NCBI RefSeq assembly: GCF_902459465.1
Contig: NC_047068.1
Span: 19,778,001 to 19,842,000, forward strand
Direction of reading: 5' to 3'
Origin: Asterias rubens
Lineage: Eukaryota
Length of the DNA stretch: 64,000 nucleotides
The translations under genes and the position numbers were made by a program. How positions within the stretch are numbered: the first letter of the stretch is position 1; the number at the start of each line of letters is the position of its first letter. Positions 23,560-36,229 of this stretch are shown piece by piece. The notes below the pieces were generated by a model. The model did no database searches and was not told where the DNA came from. It saw only the letters and a list, made by a program, of their open reading frames with translations.

Positions 23560-24250
23560 TTTGAATGATTCACCTCACAAGGAAAGTATGAATGATTCAC
23601 CAGGGGTAAATATAGGTAGATCACCACACAAGGAAAGTATGAATGATTCACCATACGGGGAAAATATGGGTATATCACCACACAAGGAAAGTATGGATGA
23701 TTCACCAGGGGTAAATATAGGTAGATCACCACACAAGGAAAGTATGAATGATTCACCATACGGGGAAAATATGGGTATATCACCACACAAGGAAAGTATG
23801 GATGATTCACCATATAGGTAGATCACCACACAAGGAAAGTATGAATGATTCACCAGGGGTAAATATAGGTAGATCACCACACAAGGAAAGTATGAATGAT
23901 TCACCATATAGGTAGATCACCACACAAGGAAAGTATGGATGATTCACCAGGGGTAAATATAGGTAGATCACCACACAAGGAAAGTATGAATGATTCACCA
24001 GGGGTAAATATAGGTAGATCACCACACAAGGAAAGTATGAATGATTCACCATATAGGTAGATCACCACACAAGGAAAGTATGAATGATTCACCAGGGGTA
24101 AATATAGGTAGATCACCACACAAGGAAAGTATGAATGATTCAACATGGGTAAATATAGGTAGATCACCACACAAGGAAAGTATGGATGATTCACCATGGG
24201 TAAATATAGGTAGATCACCCCACAAAGAAAGTATGAATGATTCACCACTC
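23560..24250. repeat. Satellite B' (51-bp unit with 39-55 bp variants; caccacacaaggaaagtatgaatgatt / caccaggggtaaatataggtagat)
   Basis: Near-identical tandem copies; related to the satellite B half-units. Confidence 0.93.
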
Positions 24251-24379
24251 AGGATGTGCACATTTCAATCTTGCAGACAATGATGCTTTTAAGAAAAGCC
24301 TTCATTATCTTGGTGATATTATATTAAACCTTCAGATCCATCCCAGATACAAGTAGTTATAAATTCAAAGCTACAAACA

Positions 24380-27345
24380 CTAAACTACTGCTGAGAAAAA
24401 GGCATCTCCACTGGTGATGAACTTGAACTTGAATGGAGATCCGCCACTCTCTGTCTTGATAAGTTGATCTGTAGAGGATGAAAGAGAGGAAATTTCGAAA
24501 TAATATTAAACAGTTAGGAAAACCTTTAACCCGGTCAATACAACAAACATCTGAGTATTAAGTACATCATTGGAATTTAGATAAGCATATGAATTCTGTT
24601 CCAATAGTTTTGAATAAAGAATTTCCCGAAGTAGCATGTCAAACTTTCAACAGGTAATGAGCTGCTACATTTCAGGGATGTGATAGACTGTTGAAAACAA
24701 AAAATATGGGCACAAAGCGTGAAAGCTTGTGAGCGCTAAGCCCACTTACATTAATTTATCTTTGGTTTGAAAGACTGCAATCTGAGGTGTGCAAATGATT
24801 TATCTTCATACTATTATGAACACAACAAAATTATTTAAAAATTAACACTTTGACAGTGTGTTTTAGCGATACATCTAGGCCCAATTTCACATAAACTGTT
24901 ATCAGAAAAAAAGTAGAATGTAATGATTCATTTATGCCTCAAAATCGCGTGTTTTTTTCTTACTTTGTGAACTAACACGGTCGGCCATTTTGTATTGTCA
25001 AAAATTTGACTCCACAAATTGGCGTGCCGGTTCACGATGATAGTGAAAAACTGTGCAATTTCAAGGCATATATGTGTGGATTCTTATATTCTACAATTTC
25101 CACCTTTTAAATAATATGCATTTCATAACAAACACTTTCAAATGCTTTTCATAGACCAACTTGCCCAATCCGAGGCAATGTGTCCCTTTAACAAATAACT
25201 AATGCTCAAACATATTTCAGGTGGCATGTCTACCCAAAGTTAGTTTCATATTTAAAGTTATGCCTTCAGAGTTTTTGTAAGCAACTCAACGTGTACATAA
25301 AGGCAAGCAACTGCATTTTAGCTGGGAGAAAATGAGTTTTGGTTTGCAACTTGTAATGGCACATCTGAGAAACCAAAAAGAAGGAAATCAGCTGATCAAC
25401 TAAAGATCTGCATGCCTGACACATTCCTGGAATTGTGTATGAGATTAAAGACATTGGACACCTTTGGTAAGTGTCAAAGACCAGTCTTCTCACTTTGTGT
25501 ATCTCAACATATGCACAAAATGTGTGAACATTTGAACTTGTCAAATTGCAAGATAATCATGGAAGAAAAAAACATCCTTGTCACCCTTGTCACAGGAAGT
25601 TGTATGCTTTCCGATGCTTGATTTCAAGACCTCAAAATCTATTCAAATATTTTAGTTGAAAATTACATCTTCCTCAAAAACAATTGATCGAAGTAAGTTT
25701 TGATGATAACAGTGATAACTAAAAAAGGCTTAAAGGCACTGAATACTAGGCACTGGACATTAGGCCAGTGCCTTTAAGCCTTTTTTATACAGAAAAATGT
25801 ATCCTACCTTCAAAGTTGATTGACTAGCCACGGTAGATTGTTGCCAACATCGAATGAGGAATCAAATGAGGAACTGTGTAGATAAAAGAATAAATGAAGA
25901 AAAAAGTTTGAACAACTTGTTTAAATATCAACAGACCATCAATGCAAATCTCAAACATCAAAGCATTTTTGGGAACTGTTTCAACATAAAATGCTATATA
26001 ATTTGTGATGGAAACAAAACCAAAGTGCACACCAAACACGTGTTTAAAAGATAGAAAATACTGTTTGTATGAAACTTCTATGAAAATGAAGGTGTTTCTT
26101 CTCCTACATCATTTCAACTTATTAATTTTGTTTTTTTATCCAAATAATGATGTGTGTTAAGCACTGTATATTCAGTACTTTCCCGAGTCCTGTGCAAACA
26201 TCACAGGCATATATTACTCAGTTGGGATTCGAAACCACGACCTTTGCAATTCTAGAGCAGTGTCTTACCAACTAGACTACTGAGACTGCCGGGTATCTAT
26301 GGGTAGTTCGAATCCTATGTTTTGGCAGCAGGTACCACAACGTTATAATAGATGTTTAAATTTGCATCAGGGATAAAGAATATTAACTTTGGTATTTTAC
26401 TCTTTTGAAGTTGGTAAAGTTGTCTAAATGCTTCATCCTTCACAGATGTGCTTCCGTTGACTGTTTGATGGTCAGCCAATATGAACAAAGATCTGACACT
26501 CTCTGTCTGAACTACTTGATCTGTAGAGGATGACAAAAAGTAATGAGAAAGTAATATTTTAATAACAATTTGTATCGGGAACTGATTTCATCCAGGAATT
26601 TTGCTCAGCCAACTATCTGGATTTCACATGTTATTTACTAAGGCTAAATGTAGCATGCATGACATTACTCCTAGAACTATATTTCGGTTCTGGGATAACA
26701 TTCCATATGGCGCCACCACTTTTTCACAAATTTTTACAAAAAAGGATATCTCATTGAGGTAAATTAGATACTTTATTATTTCTGTCGAATGAAAAAGTGG
26801 TGGCGCCATACGGAAACTAGGCTAGGCTATCGTCATGGCCTGACGAAACACAAACAGTTCTAGGAGTAGCATGACATTTGGTCTTTGGAAGTAGTACAAT
26901 TTTGTTCAATTTCAAGTAAAAATAAAAGGGCTGGCCATTATGTGCTCTCCGCGGTGCTGCACATAAGTTTTAGCACAGTAAACTTGTCCAAACTGAGGCA
27001 CTTTAATGCTTTATTAATTAATTGTAAACTAACAATTATGTGGTGATGATTGCACCCATCAAAAAGTGTACATGCCTTTACTCCTGCCGATAGGTGGCGC
27101 TCTAATGAGACATTTCAACTCAATTATGTCGAACACGGGCCCCACATTCAAGTCAAATTCTTAATGATAAATGCATTATATCAAAATAGTCATATCACAA
27201 TCATATAAAGTAACTTACCATCACGCTTTTTGTGGTAGTCGTGCCATTGGAAATCCCGTACACTCCGGTCAATTTGTTTGTAAATAGAGACGCGTTCACG
27301 TGTTGAGGCCGTCCATTTTGTCTTAGAGGAATATGTGTGATTTTG
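24380..27345 (-). ncRNA. Candidate minus-strand spliced non-coding transcript or decayed gene: exons about 27345-27219, 26520-26390, 24468-24380
   Basis: gtaagt donor at 27218; two paralogous exons share the acceptor tcatcctctacag|ATCAA; no ATG-initiated long ORF. Confidence 0.4.
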
Positions 27346-27420
27346 TGGAGTCACGTGGTCATCCGACGGCCTTGGTACAGTCGTTTTAATTGGTCAGTCT
27401 TCATCAATTGGTCAGAACAG
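27290..27420 (-). promoter_or_regulatory. Candidate promoter (two CCAAT boxes, two cacgtg E-boxes)
   Basis: attgg at about 27388 and 27407; gtcacgtggt at 27350; CpG-enriched. Confidence 0.35.
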
Positions 27421-28004
27421 TTTCTTTTTTGTTACTACATGTATTTCATCAGAAGTTTCACTACCCAAAGGCAAATCAATAAATAAACATACAACAAAAA
27501 ATTGTTTTTAAATAATGCACATTGTTGTTCGAAAACTGCCCAGCGCGGCACCGTAATAAGTTCGAAGCACGTGATCACACAACCCCCCCCCCCCCCCCCA
27601 ACCGCGGCCCGGCCCGGGCTCAGAAACTAATTTGCATAATAACAACAAGTCCTCCTCATTGGACAACAAACGGCATACATTTTTTATTGTATTTCACCCA
27701 GTAAGATGATACTGATCACTTGGAAATGAGGTTTTTGATCGCATTTACAAAAATCGCTTTATTTTTGGCCTTAAAAATGTCAAATTATATGGTTTATAAT
27801 TAGTTGTTTTACTCTCTGAGATGTTGAAGAAAAAAAAGAAAAAAACGTAGACAACTATTGCTCATGCGACTTTGACGTTATTTAATGTCAGGATCCTGAT
27901 AAAAATTGTGTATTAGCTACAAATAACTATTAGCACATATATTTGTTTTCGTGATATAAAATCAAAATCTTAATTTTCTGGTCAGTTCGACTATAGTTGG
28001 GATT

Positions 28005-28375
28005 TTAAAGACACTGAACACTATTGATAATTGTCAAAGACCAAGCCTCACTTGGTGTATCTCAACTATGCACGAAATAACAAACTTGTGCAAATTTGAA
28101 CTCAATTTGTCGTCGAAGTTGCGAGATAATAACGGGTAAAACATCCTCGTCACACAAAGTTGTGTGCTTTCAGATGCTTGATTTCGTGACCTCAAAATCT
28201 ATTTCTGAGGTCTCAAAATCAAATTCAAGTATTTTAGTGGAAAACTACGTTACTTCAAAGAGAGCCGTTTCGAAAGGTTTTATACCATCAACAGCTCTCC
28301 ATTGCTTGATATCAAGTAATTTTTTGTGCTAACAATTATTTTTTAGTAATTACAAATAGTGTCCAGTGCCTTCAA
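28005..28375. mobile_element. K1 MITE copy (opposite orientation)
   Basis: TTAAAGACACTG start and ccaatagtgtccagtgcctt-like end; internal blocks are the reverse complement of 1006-1345. Confidence 0.75.
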
Positions 28376-29477
28376 GGCCAGCAAATATCCCATAATAAAA
28401 GAAGCAGGTTGGTGAGAAAGAGAGACAGTCCATCTGCAACATATAATTTATTGCAACAGCATTCGCCTATACTATAACATACACATTATTGGTATCTACG
28501 AAACCCTTATTGTGGATGACATATCCTGTATCTGTAAAGTTGGTACTACTATTTATATTAGAAGGTGGCAGCAAATTTGGTTTGAATCTGGGTTGTTTTA
28601 AATCAGGAATACAAACATTCCTTTATAAAAAGACAACAGGTACACGTCAAGGTTACTATAAATAATTACCTTTATACCTTACTATGTTACAATGGTGTCA
28701 TTTAAGCTACTATTATTATTATAAAGATTCATAAATATCAAATGAAGCACATTCATACCTTATTTGTTTTTGTATATATTGCATAAACTCTATTTGAAAA
28801 AATATTACAGGAATGTTTCACGGAGATATACAAATACATTCATGGATAATTTTTATACTCTATTGAATTCTCAATACCAACACAAAAACTGGAAGACTGG
28901 TTGCAGGCACCTCAAGGCTCAAGACTCAAATGGGCCCAATTTCATTAAGCATGCAAGCACAAAAATGTGCTTAGCATGAATTTTCTTCCTTGGTAACAAC
29001 AGGATTACCAACCAAATTTTCATTTGTTGCATATTGCTTGTTACTGGTACTCAGCTGTTGTTAGCATGCTAAATCCTGAAAATCACGTGGAAATTTGGTT
29101 GGGTTTTATGAAATTTGGCCCTGGTCAAAGAATAATAGTGGGGTGGCTACGCTGATAAATACATCATGCACTTTCCCTTAAGAGCATCAAACTTGGCACA
29201 TGGTTTAAGTAACAAAATACAAAAATTTTTAGTCCAAGGGCCACCGGAAATTGCCACCCATGTGGCTGCCATTTTGGATTTCAAAATAGCTGCATTTTGG
29301 TCCTGTTTTACATGACACAAATTGGAATGTGTAACATTCTCAAAGGGACACGTTGCCTTGGATTGGACGAGTTGGTCTTTGAAAAGCTTTATTAAATGCA
29401 TATAGTTTGAAAGATATTTTAAAAGTAGAATAAAATAATGGACACAAGTAACACTCAAAATTATTTTGTTGAAGATT

Positions 29478-29849
29478 AAAGGAACATTTTGCCTTGGATC
29501 GGTCGAGTTGGTCTTTGAAAAGCGTTTGAAACCGTTTCATGCAAATAGTTAGGTAGATACTTTATAAGAAGAATATTATCCACACAAACATGCCTCGAAA
29601 TTGTACGGTTTTCCTTTTACGTCGCGAACTAACACACTCGGCTATTTTAAGAAGTCAAAATTTTGACTCCACAAAATGGCCAACCATGGTTCTTTACGAC
29701 GTAAAAGGAAAACCATACAATTTCGAGGCATGTTTGTGTGGATCATTATATTTTTCTTTTAAAGTATCTACCTAACCATTTGCATGAAACGGTTTCAAAC
29801 GCTTTTCGAAGACCAACTCGACCGATCTAAGGCAACATGTTCCTTTAAT
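29478..29849. mobile_element. K2 MITE copy
   Basis: ttaaaggaacattttgccttggatcggtcgagttggtc / gaccaactcgaccgatctaaggcaacatgttcctttaa. Confidence 0.8.
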
Positions 29850-30601
29850 CTTCAACAAAATTTTTGAAATTTAATTGGTGAAATAGTTGAGAAAAAAGAA
29901 TATAACTCTGGCTTAACTCTACACTGGTGTGTGGTAAGCAATGTATACTCGGTGCTTTTAAAAGTAATTATGGGACGAAAACTCCAGAGTTCTGTGAAAA
30001 CAAATCCACAGGCAAATCACTCAGGTGGGATTCGAACCCATGAGCTTCGGATTGCTTGAGCAGATGTCTTACCACTAGACCACCAAGCTGTCCATCCCAG
30101 ATGGCTTGACACATTTTGAATCCTTATCAGCGGGTACCTCCACATTTTAACATATGTTAAATTTTGAATATTGAAATTTTTGAAATAAAGAATATGATTT
30201 GTTTTTATTTAACCCTTACATACCGAGTATACAGTGCTTAGAACACATCGGCATAAGGGTTAAAAGCCAAATTGTATTATTATATTCCCAAACAAAAATG
30301 AACGTCTATTCAATTTTATGGCTGTTCTTACCATGAAACTCTGTTCTTACGGTGCCCTGTAAAAATGTTTATTTGTATCATGAGCGAGTGCCATGAGTGC
30401 CTTTTTGTGGCAGATACCGGCGCTATATAAGACTCCATTATTATTATTATTGATAACTATATAGGCTGTACCTGCAGACATCCATGGTAAGCAGAGCCAT
30501 GAAATAAGGCTCAGAGGTCTTAACCGCTCAAAGGCCAGTATAAGCATCGACTCTTTGCTTATGATGAGAAGTAGAGCCATGAAATTGGGCCCTGATGAAT
30601 A

Positions 30602-30967
30602 AGCCATTTGCGTGTTACATTTGAATATTGTCTGGTACAATGAAGTGCTTGATCACAAGTTTCCACTTAAATTTGAATTCACAAGACTATAGACATGATA
30701 GAGACAGTTGCCATGTCACATGATTCGGGACAAGCTTTTGCATAGTTACATAAGAGACGGTGAGCACCCATACAATTTTTTGAACGAAGGTGTATAGCAC
30801 AATGGTACTAGGGTTTGCTCATCTGGAGGTTGCTATAGAAAAGCTTGCCCCGAATCAAGTGACATAGCAACTGCCTCTATAATCTGGTGAAATCAAATTT
30901 AAGTGGTAACTTGTGATCAAGCACGTCATTGTACCAGACAATATTCAAATCTAACACGCAAATGGCT
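30602..30967. mobile_element. Fold-back MITE with arms of about 150 bp
   Basis: agccatttgcgtgttacatttgaatattgtctggtacaatga... matches the reverse complement of 30820-30967 with few mismatches. Confidence 0.85.
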
Positions 30968-31043
30968 CACATGTGCTTGGTCACTACTTGTAGGTGCAAC
31001 AAGCTACATGTTTGATCATGGAGGTAAAAAAAACAAAAAACCT

Positions 31044-31298
31044 TTAATACTTTATCCAGTAATGAAATAACAAAATAGATAATATTGTAATCACACCGAG
31101 GATTCCCGCTACTAAATTATTTGGCTCAGTGTTTGCAGTTATGGCTTCATCTATTAAGGAGCTTAACTGTTGTATCGTTGTGTTCAGGGCTAGGGTTAGT
31201 TCTCTGTCACTCAGGCTTGGCTGGATGGCTTTGTAGATTAGCGGCAATGCCTGGTCCGAGAGAAGATCGTCTAAGGCCTCACCCAACGAAATGAAGAT
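31044..31298 (-). CDS. Gene A coding exon 4 (IFISLGEALDD...hydrophobic C-terminus, stop)
   Basis: ttttttacag acceptor; 85 codons including TAA. Confidence 0.88.
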   Translation of the reverse strand: MFISLGEALDDLLSDQALPLIYKAIQPSLSDRELTLALNTTIQQLSSLIDEAITANTEPNNLVAGILGVITILSILLFHYWIKY

Positions 31299-34200
31299 CT
31301 GTAAAAAATATTGATATGATAATTCTTATAATAAAGGCTTTATTGCTTTGATGTTTAAAAGGGACGTAAAGCTACAGGTTCTGTCTGTTGTTGACCAGTA
31401 CACTTAATGTTAATTTTAGTTTTTACCCATACACCGATGTGTTAGCGCTGGGGGTATACTCGTAATTTCCCCAAGTCCTGTGAAAAAAATATCACAGGCA
31501 TATTACTTGGGTGGGATTCGAACCCACGACCCTTGCAATTCTAGAGCAGTGTCTTACCAACTAGACTACCGAGGTTGCCCGGTAGCTAAAGGCAGTTCGA
31601 CTCCTGTGTTTTATTGTTTCACAGGACTAGGGAAAGTACTGAGTATACCCACAGCGCTACCACATAGGTGTATGGGTAAAAACTAAAATAATATTCTTTA
31701 TTCACGATGCAAATTTAACATCTATAATAAGTACACTTATTGTTCGGAGTAGGGGTTTGCCAAGGAGATTTCTGGTCTGCTTGGTAGCAGATTGCACCAC
31801 AGCACCTTAGAAACTGTTTCTGTAAACCTTTTTTTTTTTAAACATGCCCCCGTACACCTTGTACACAAAATACTGAGCATTGAAAAGGCCTCATCAGTTG
31901 TAATAACGTGCTAAAAAAGAACTGCATAATATTAGTACACAACAGGAACCGGACCTACATATATAACAATGCTGACAATACCACAGCTACTTATATACAT
32001 ACATGTATTATTCATTAACATCAATTTGTATAGAGGTTGCAAAGATCATGTATTTGTTTTCCTGGTGTGCTACCCCCTCAGCCCTTTAGAGTCCAAAGTG
32101 CTGTGTGCTTCCATACCCCGGCAGTAGCCTAACACCAAACTGTGCTTTAGGCTTAGGGCTCAAATTTGAATACTGGAATACTTTTTAAAAACCAAAGTTT
32201 TAAAAGAAAACAAAAACAACAACAAAACACACAAAAAATGTTACTTGATAGAACACCAATAGGCTTTTTTTATCGCTAAGGAGGCATTTTTGGCTGTGAA
32301 ACCCAATCAAAAAATTCCTTTAGGATTCAATTTGGGGGAAACTTCTGGTATTAACCCTCTCAGAAAAGTTGCATTTCTTACCTCTGAGTCTGAATCATTA
32401 AAGAGTGCCAGTATAAGGCCACTATCATCACAGGTTTTATCAATGAACCATTGCTGTTTTAACCTGTCACTGTACTCCTCAATATCCAGCCTGTTGGATT
32501 CATTAGAACGGAGAGAGAGAAAGAAGGGGTTAGTTTCATATTTTTTGAGGCACTCCATGCTCAGACGGAGCTCTTCCTACCAAACTCAAAACTGGGTTTA
32601 TTTACAAATCACATACATGACAATAAGAGCTTTCAAATGACAACACGTAATAACATTTTTCAAATAACACCCTACTAGGGCCTATCAGCTATTTCTCGAC
32701 ATACAATTTTTAGTACTCATATTATAGTGTGAAACAATTAACACCCCTCGCAAAACAAACATTTCATACAGTACTTTCTCTATAGACGCCTCAAAGTATT
32801 TCTGTTATTGCAATTTTAAAAACAATTATAAGAATAATAGTACAGAGTATTTGTATTGCGCCCAATCCACCAAGTTAAGGTGCTCAAGGGGCACAAGAGT
32901 GCCAGTATAATAGATGGACAATAAGAACCAAAGCACCGCAACACAGAGTAGGGAAAAGATCCAGAGGTAGACCAAAGAAATGATGTAAGGATTAAATAGT
33001 AAAGATTACAGGGAAGAACTACACCAGACAGCCAAGAAAGGGCTACATGAAAAAGTCTGACATGGGGCTATATCCTGCAGTGGATGGCAATGCCTAGGTA
33101 CAAGGTACAAGGAACAAGGAACAAGGTACAACCTACAAGGTACAATGCAAAAGTTACAAAGTAGGCCCACAAGTTACATGGTACAAAGTACAGAACAACC
33201 TACAAGGGACAAAGTACAAGGTAAAAGTTACAAGTTACAACCTACAAGGGACAAGGTACAAGTTACAGGGTACAAGGTACAAGTTACAAGGTACAACCTA
33301 CAAGGGACAAAGTACAAGGTACAAGTTACAGGGTACAAGGTACAACCTACAAGGGACAAAGTACAAGGTACAAGTTACAGGGTACAAGGTACAACCTACA
33401 AGGAACAAAGTACAAGGTACAAGTTACAGGGTACAAGGTACAACCTACAAGGGACAAAGTACAAGGTACAAGTTACGGGGTACAAGGTACAAGGTACAAC
33501 CTACAAGGGACAAGGTACAACCTACAAGGGACAAGGTACGACCTACAAGGGACAAGGTACAAGTTACAGGGTACAAGGTACAAGGAACAAGGTACAACCT
33601 ACAAGGGACAAGGTACAAGTTACAGGGTACAAGGTACAAGTTACAAGGTACAACCTACAAGGAACAAAGTACAAGGTACAAGTTACAGGGTACAAGGTAC
33701 AAGGTACAACCTACAAGGGACATGGTATAAGGTACAAGTTACAAGGTACGACCTACAAGGGACAAGGTACAAGTTACAAGGTACAATGCAAAAGTTACAA
33801 AGTAGGCCCACAAGTTACATGGTACAAAGTACAGAACAACCTACAAGGGACAAAGTACAAGGTAAAAGTTACAAGTTACAACCTACAAGGGACAAGGTAC
33901 AAGTTACAAGGTACAAGGTACAAAGTACAAGGTACAACCTAAAAGGGACAAAGTACAAGGTACAAGTTACAGGGTACAAGGTACAACCTACAAGGGACAA
34001 GGTACAAGGTAAAGGTTACAAGTTACAACCTACAAGGGACAAGGTACAAGTTACAAGGTACAACCTACAAGGGACAAGATACGACCTACAAGGGACAAGG
34101 TACGACCTACAAGGGACAAGGTACAAGTTACAGGGTACAAGGTACAAGTTACAAGGTACAACCTACAAGGGACAACAAGGTACAAGTTACAGGGTACAAG

Positions 34201-36229
34201 GTACAAGGTACAACCTATAAGGTGCAAGTGACAAGGTACAAGGCACAAGTTATATATATGTAACAATTTATCTGCATAAGATTATTCAGACATTACATCA
34301 CACAGTGTATCAAGGCTGGCCTCCTTTTCAATGTCATTTCACTATTTTCAAGTGATAGTCATACTCATGGAAAGTTTTCAACTACATGAATACCTCTGCA
34401 ATTAGGTACGGCATTGAGGGCAGAGTAATCCCTCTTCTTACCTTGCATTGTCAATCTCAAGTGTCTTGACTACAGCGACTGCAAGGACGTATCCTGACTC
34501 CATTGTTGCATTCTTGCTGCAGTTACAAACACATGAAGCATTCGTGTTGACCACAGTCAACAGATTGTTTATTTCATCAGCTGGATGAAAAAATAAGAAA
34601 TTGCTTCATGAAATTCAAAAGAACAGAAATGAGAAGACTACTGGACCACTTTTTTTTTAAATAGTGCCCAGGGACCAAGTTAAGCACAAAAGTTTGCTTA
34701 GCATGCAATTTTTGCCTTTATAAAAACAGGATTACCAACCAAATTTCCACATGATTTTCAGGATAAGCAAACAACAGCTGAATACCAGTAACAAGCTATT
34801 GCAACAAATCAAAATTTGGTTGGTAATCCTGTTTTTATCAAGTTAGAAATTTCATGCTAAGCAAGTTTTCGTGCTTAGCAGCCCTATGAAATTGGGCCCT
34901 GGTCATTGAGCCAAAAACATTCCTATAGTCTTTCTCAGCTCCCTTGGGACTAAACAGGCTAATGCTGCCATGGCGCTCCAAAGGCTTTTTCAAATACTGT
35001 CAGTATCAACCTCTACTACCCTTGCATGTAAAAATTTATACACCTCTAGGAATGAAGCAATTATAGTAATACGCACCCAAACTTTGACTAAACCACCAGA
35101 ACTTGAATTCAATGCTCTAAACTGCTCGGCCATGACACCCAAAAAATAGGTGAAATTGTGAAACAAAGGAAATGCTCATGTTTGTCTGCGTGTCACAGTG
35201 CAGTGGGCCAACGAATAAACTTCTTTTGCCCTCTATCCAAGGGCGTCCGATTAGACTAGAATATGTTTACAAGACCAGAGTTTAAATGAGAAAGAAATGC
35301 TCCACAGTTTATAATAATAGTTGAATTGTTTCAATTCGGACAAGCACTAATGAGCAGATTTACCTTATTTGTATTATTGGCAAGAATTTCTTCTATAACT
35401 CAAGGGTCGACTTCACAAAGAGTTCGGACTAGTCCTAACTTAAGAACAGTCCTAGGAGATATTAAAAACCTAAGGGTAGTCCTAAGTTAGGAAGAGTAAC
35501 TCGTCCCAACCAGAGATAAGACTAGTACTAACTCTTTGTGAAATCGACCCCTGGAGGGTTAGAGGAGATTTATCAGACTGACAGGGAACAATTGAACTAA
35601 AACACAAGTCAGCTGGTGGACATGTCTGGTTGTGAGTTTACTGGCCTGGTGCTTAAGTCACTAGCCCCGGGCCTGTGGTCCCATGTGAATCAATAGACCG
35701 ATTCATTAAACTCTTTTATACGCATTGCGTATTGACCAATCACAACTCATTGCGCAAGTCCGATTAATAAAGTCTGACATGCGTGCGCGTATGCTTGGCA
35801 CGCGCGGCAGAGTTGTGCAGAATGGCATTGGAGAGGCTCATGTGTCCTTGCTCACACATCAAGGTGGGCCGGCAGGGCCTAATGGATCGGTCTGTTTCAA
35901 GCCTTGATGAGCAAGTTCGATCAAAGTCCTATGGTTAACTAATAGTGTTTGGTTGCCACAGGGTCTACATCCTTACCATCTTCTTTAGACAGTACACCAT
36001 CCACATCACATATCCAGGCTTCCTCTCCGTAAGTACGCCCGCACTGTTCAGGATCCATCCAGGGGTTTGGGTAGCCGTGTAACACCCCTTTGATTCCAGG
36101 GTCCTCTGTACTGACTGGTTCCCATATTTGAGAGAAGGCACTGACTGGGAGTATTGTAAGGCACAGGATGATAGGTACACACATGATGATTGGTAACATG
36201 GAAGATGAGGATATTGATATGGAAGCCAT
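31044..36229 (-). CDS. Gene A: MOLO-1-like TPM-domain membrane protein, 251 aa; join(36229-35977,34580-34442,32490-32382,31298-31044)
   Basis: Four exons (253+139+109+255 = 756 nt) splice in frame. Signal peptide (...CLTILPVSA); YPNPWMDPEQCGR...WICDVDGVLS; GYVLAVAVVKTL...IEEYSDRLKQQW...CDDSGLILAL...IFISLGEAL fits the TPM/MOLO1 pattern; C-terminal hydrophobic LVAGILGVITILSILLF. Confidence 0.85.
31420..31720 (-). mobile_element. S1 SINE-like copy with inverted duplicated tail, in gene A intron 3
   Basis: ttttacccatacacc at about 31422 and ggtgtatgggtaaaaa at about 31667 form inverted ends around the tRNA-like core. Confidence 0.6.
32382..32490 (-). CDS. Gene A coding exon 3 (LDIEEYSDRLKQQWFIDKTCDDSGLILALFNDSDSE)
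   Basis: ccaacag acceptor and gtaaga donor; phase 2 to 0. Confidence 0.88.
33097..34252. repeat. Heptamer minisatellite (tacaagg / tacaagt / tacaggg / tacaacc / gacaagg words) in gene A intron 2
   Basis: 7-bp register kept for about 1.15 kb; internal block duplicated at about 33140-33270 and 33781-33910. Confidence 0.95.
34442..34580 (-). CDS. Gene A coding exon 2 (ADEINNLLTVV...CVCNC...GYVLAVAVVKTLEIDNA)
   Basis: tcatccag acceptor and gtaaga donor; phase 1 to 2. Confidence 0.88.
35403..35552. mobile_element. Palindromic MITE family P2
   Basis: gggtcgacttcacaaagag / ctctttgtgaaatcgacccc; relatives at 54085-54333 and about 51745-51870. Confidence 0.75.
35977..36229 (-). CDS. Gene A coding exon 1 (signal peptide, YPNP...CGR...WICD)
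   Basis: Donor G|gtaagg at 35976; acceptor ctacccag at 36261 implies an upstream UTR exon; alternative start at the later Met. Confidence 0.85.

Noticed and set aside
12216-24283. Many 60-120 aa ORFs (GFIKFCLK..., ESMNDSP..., LPILPL...)
   Set aside because: Artefacts of the satellite arrays
33145-33942. 265-aa ORF and neighbouring ORFs
   Set aside because: Translation of the heptamer repeat, which lacks stop codons; intronic and antisense to gene A
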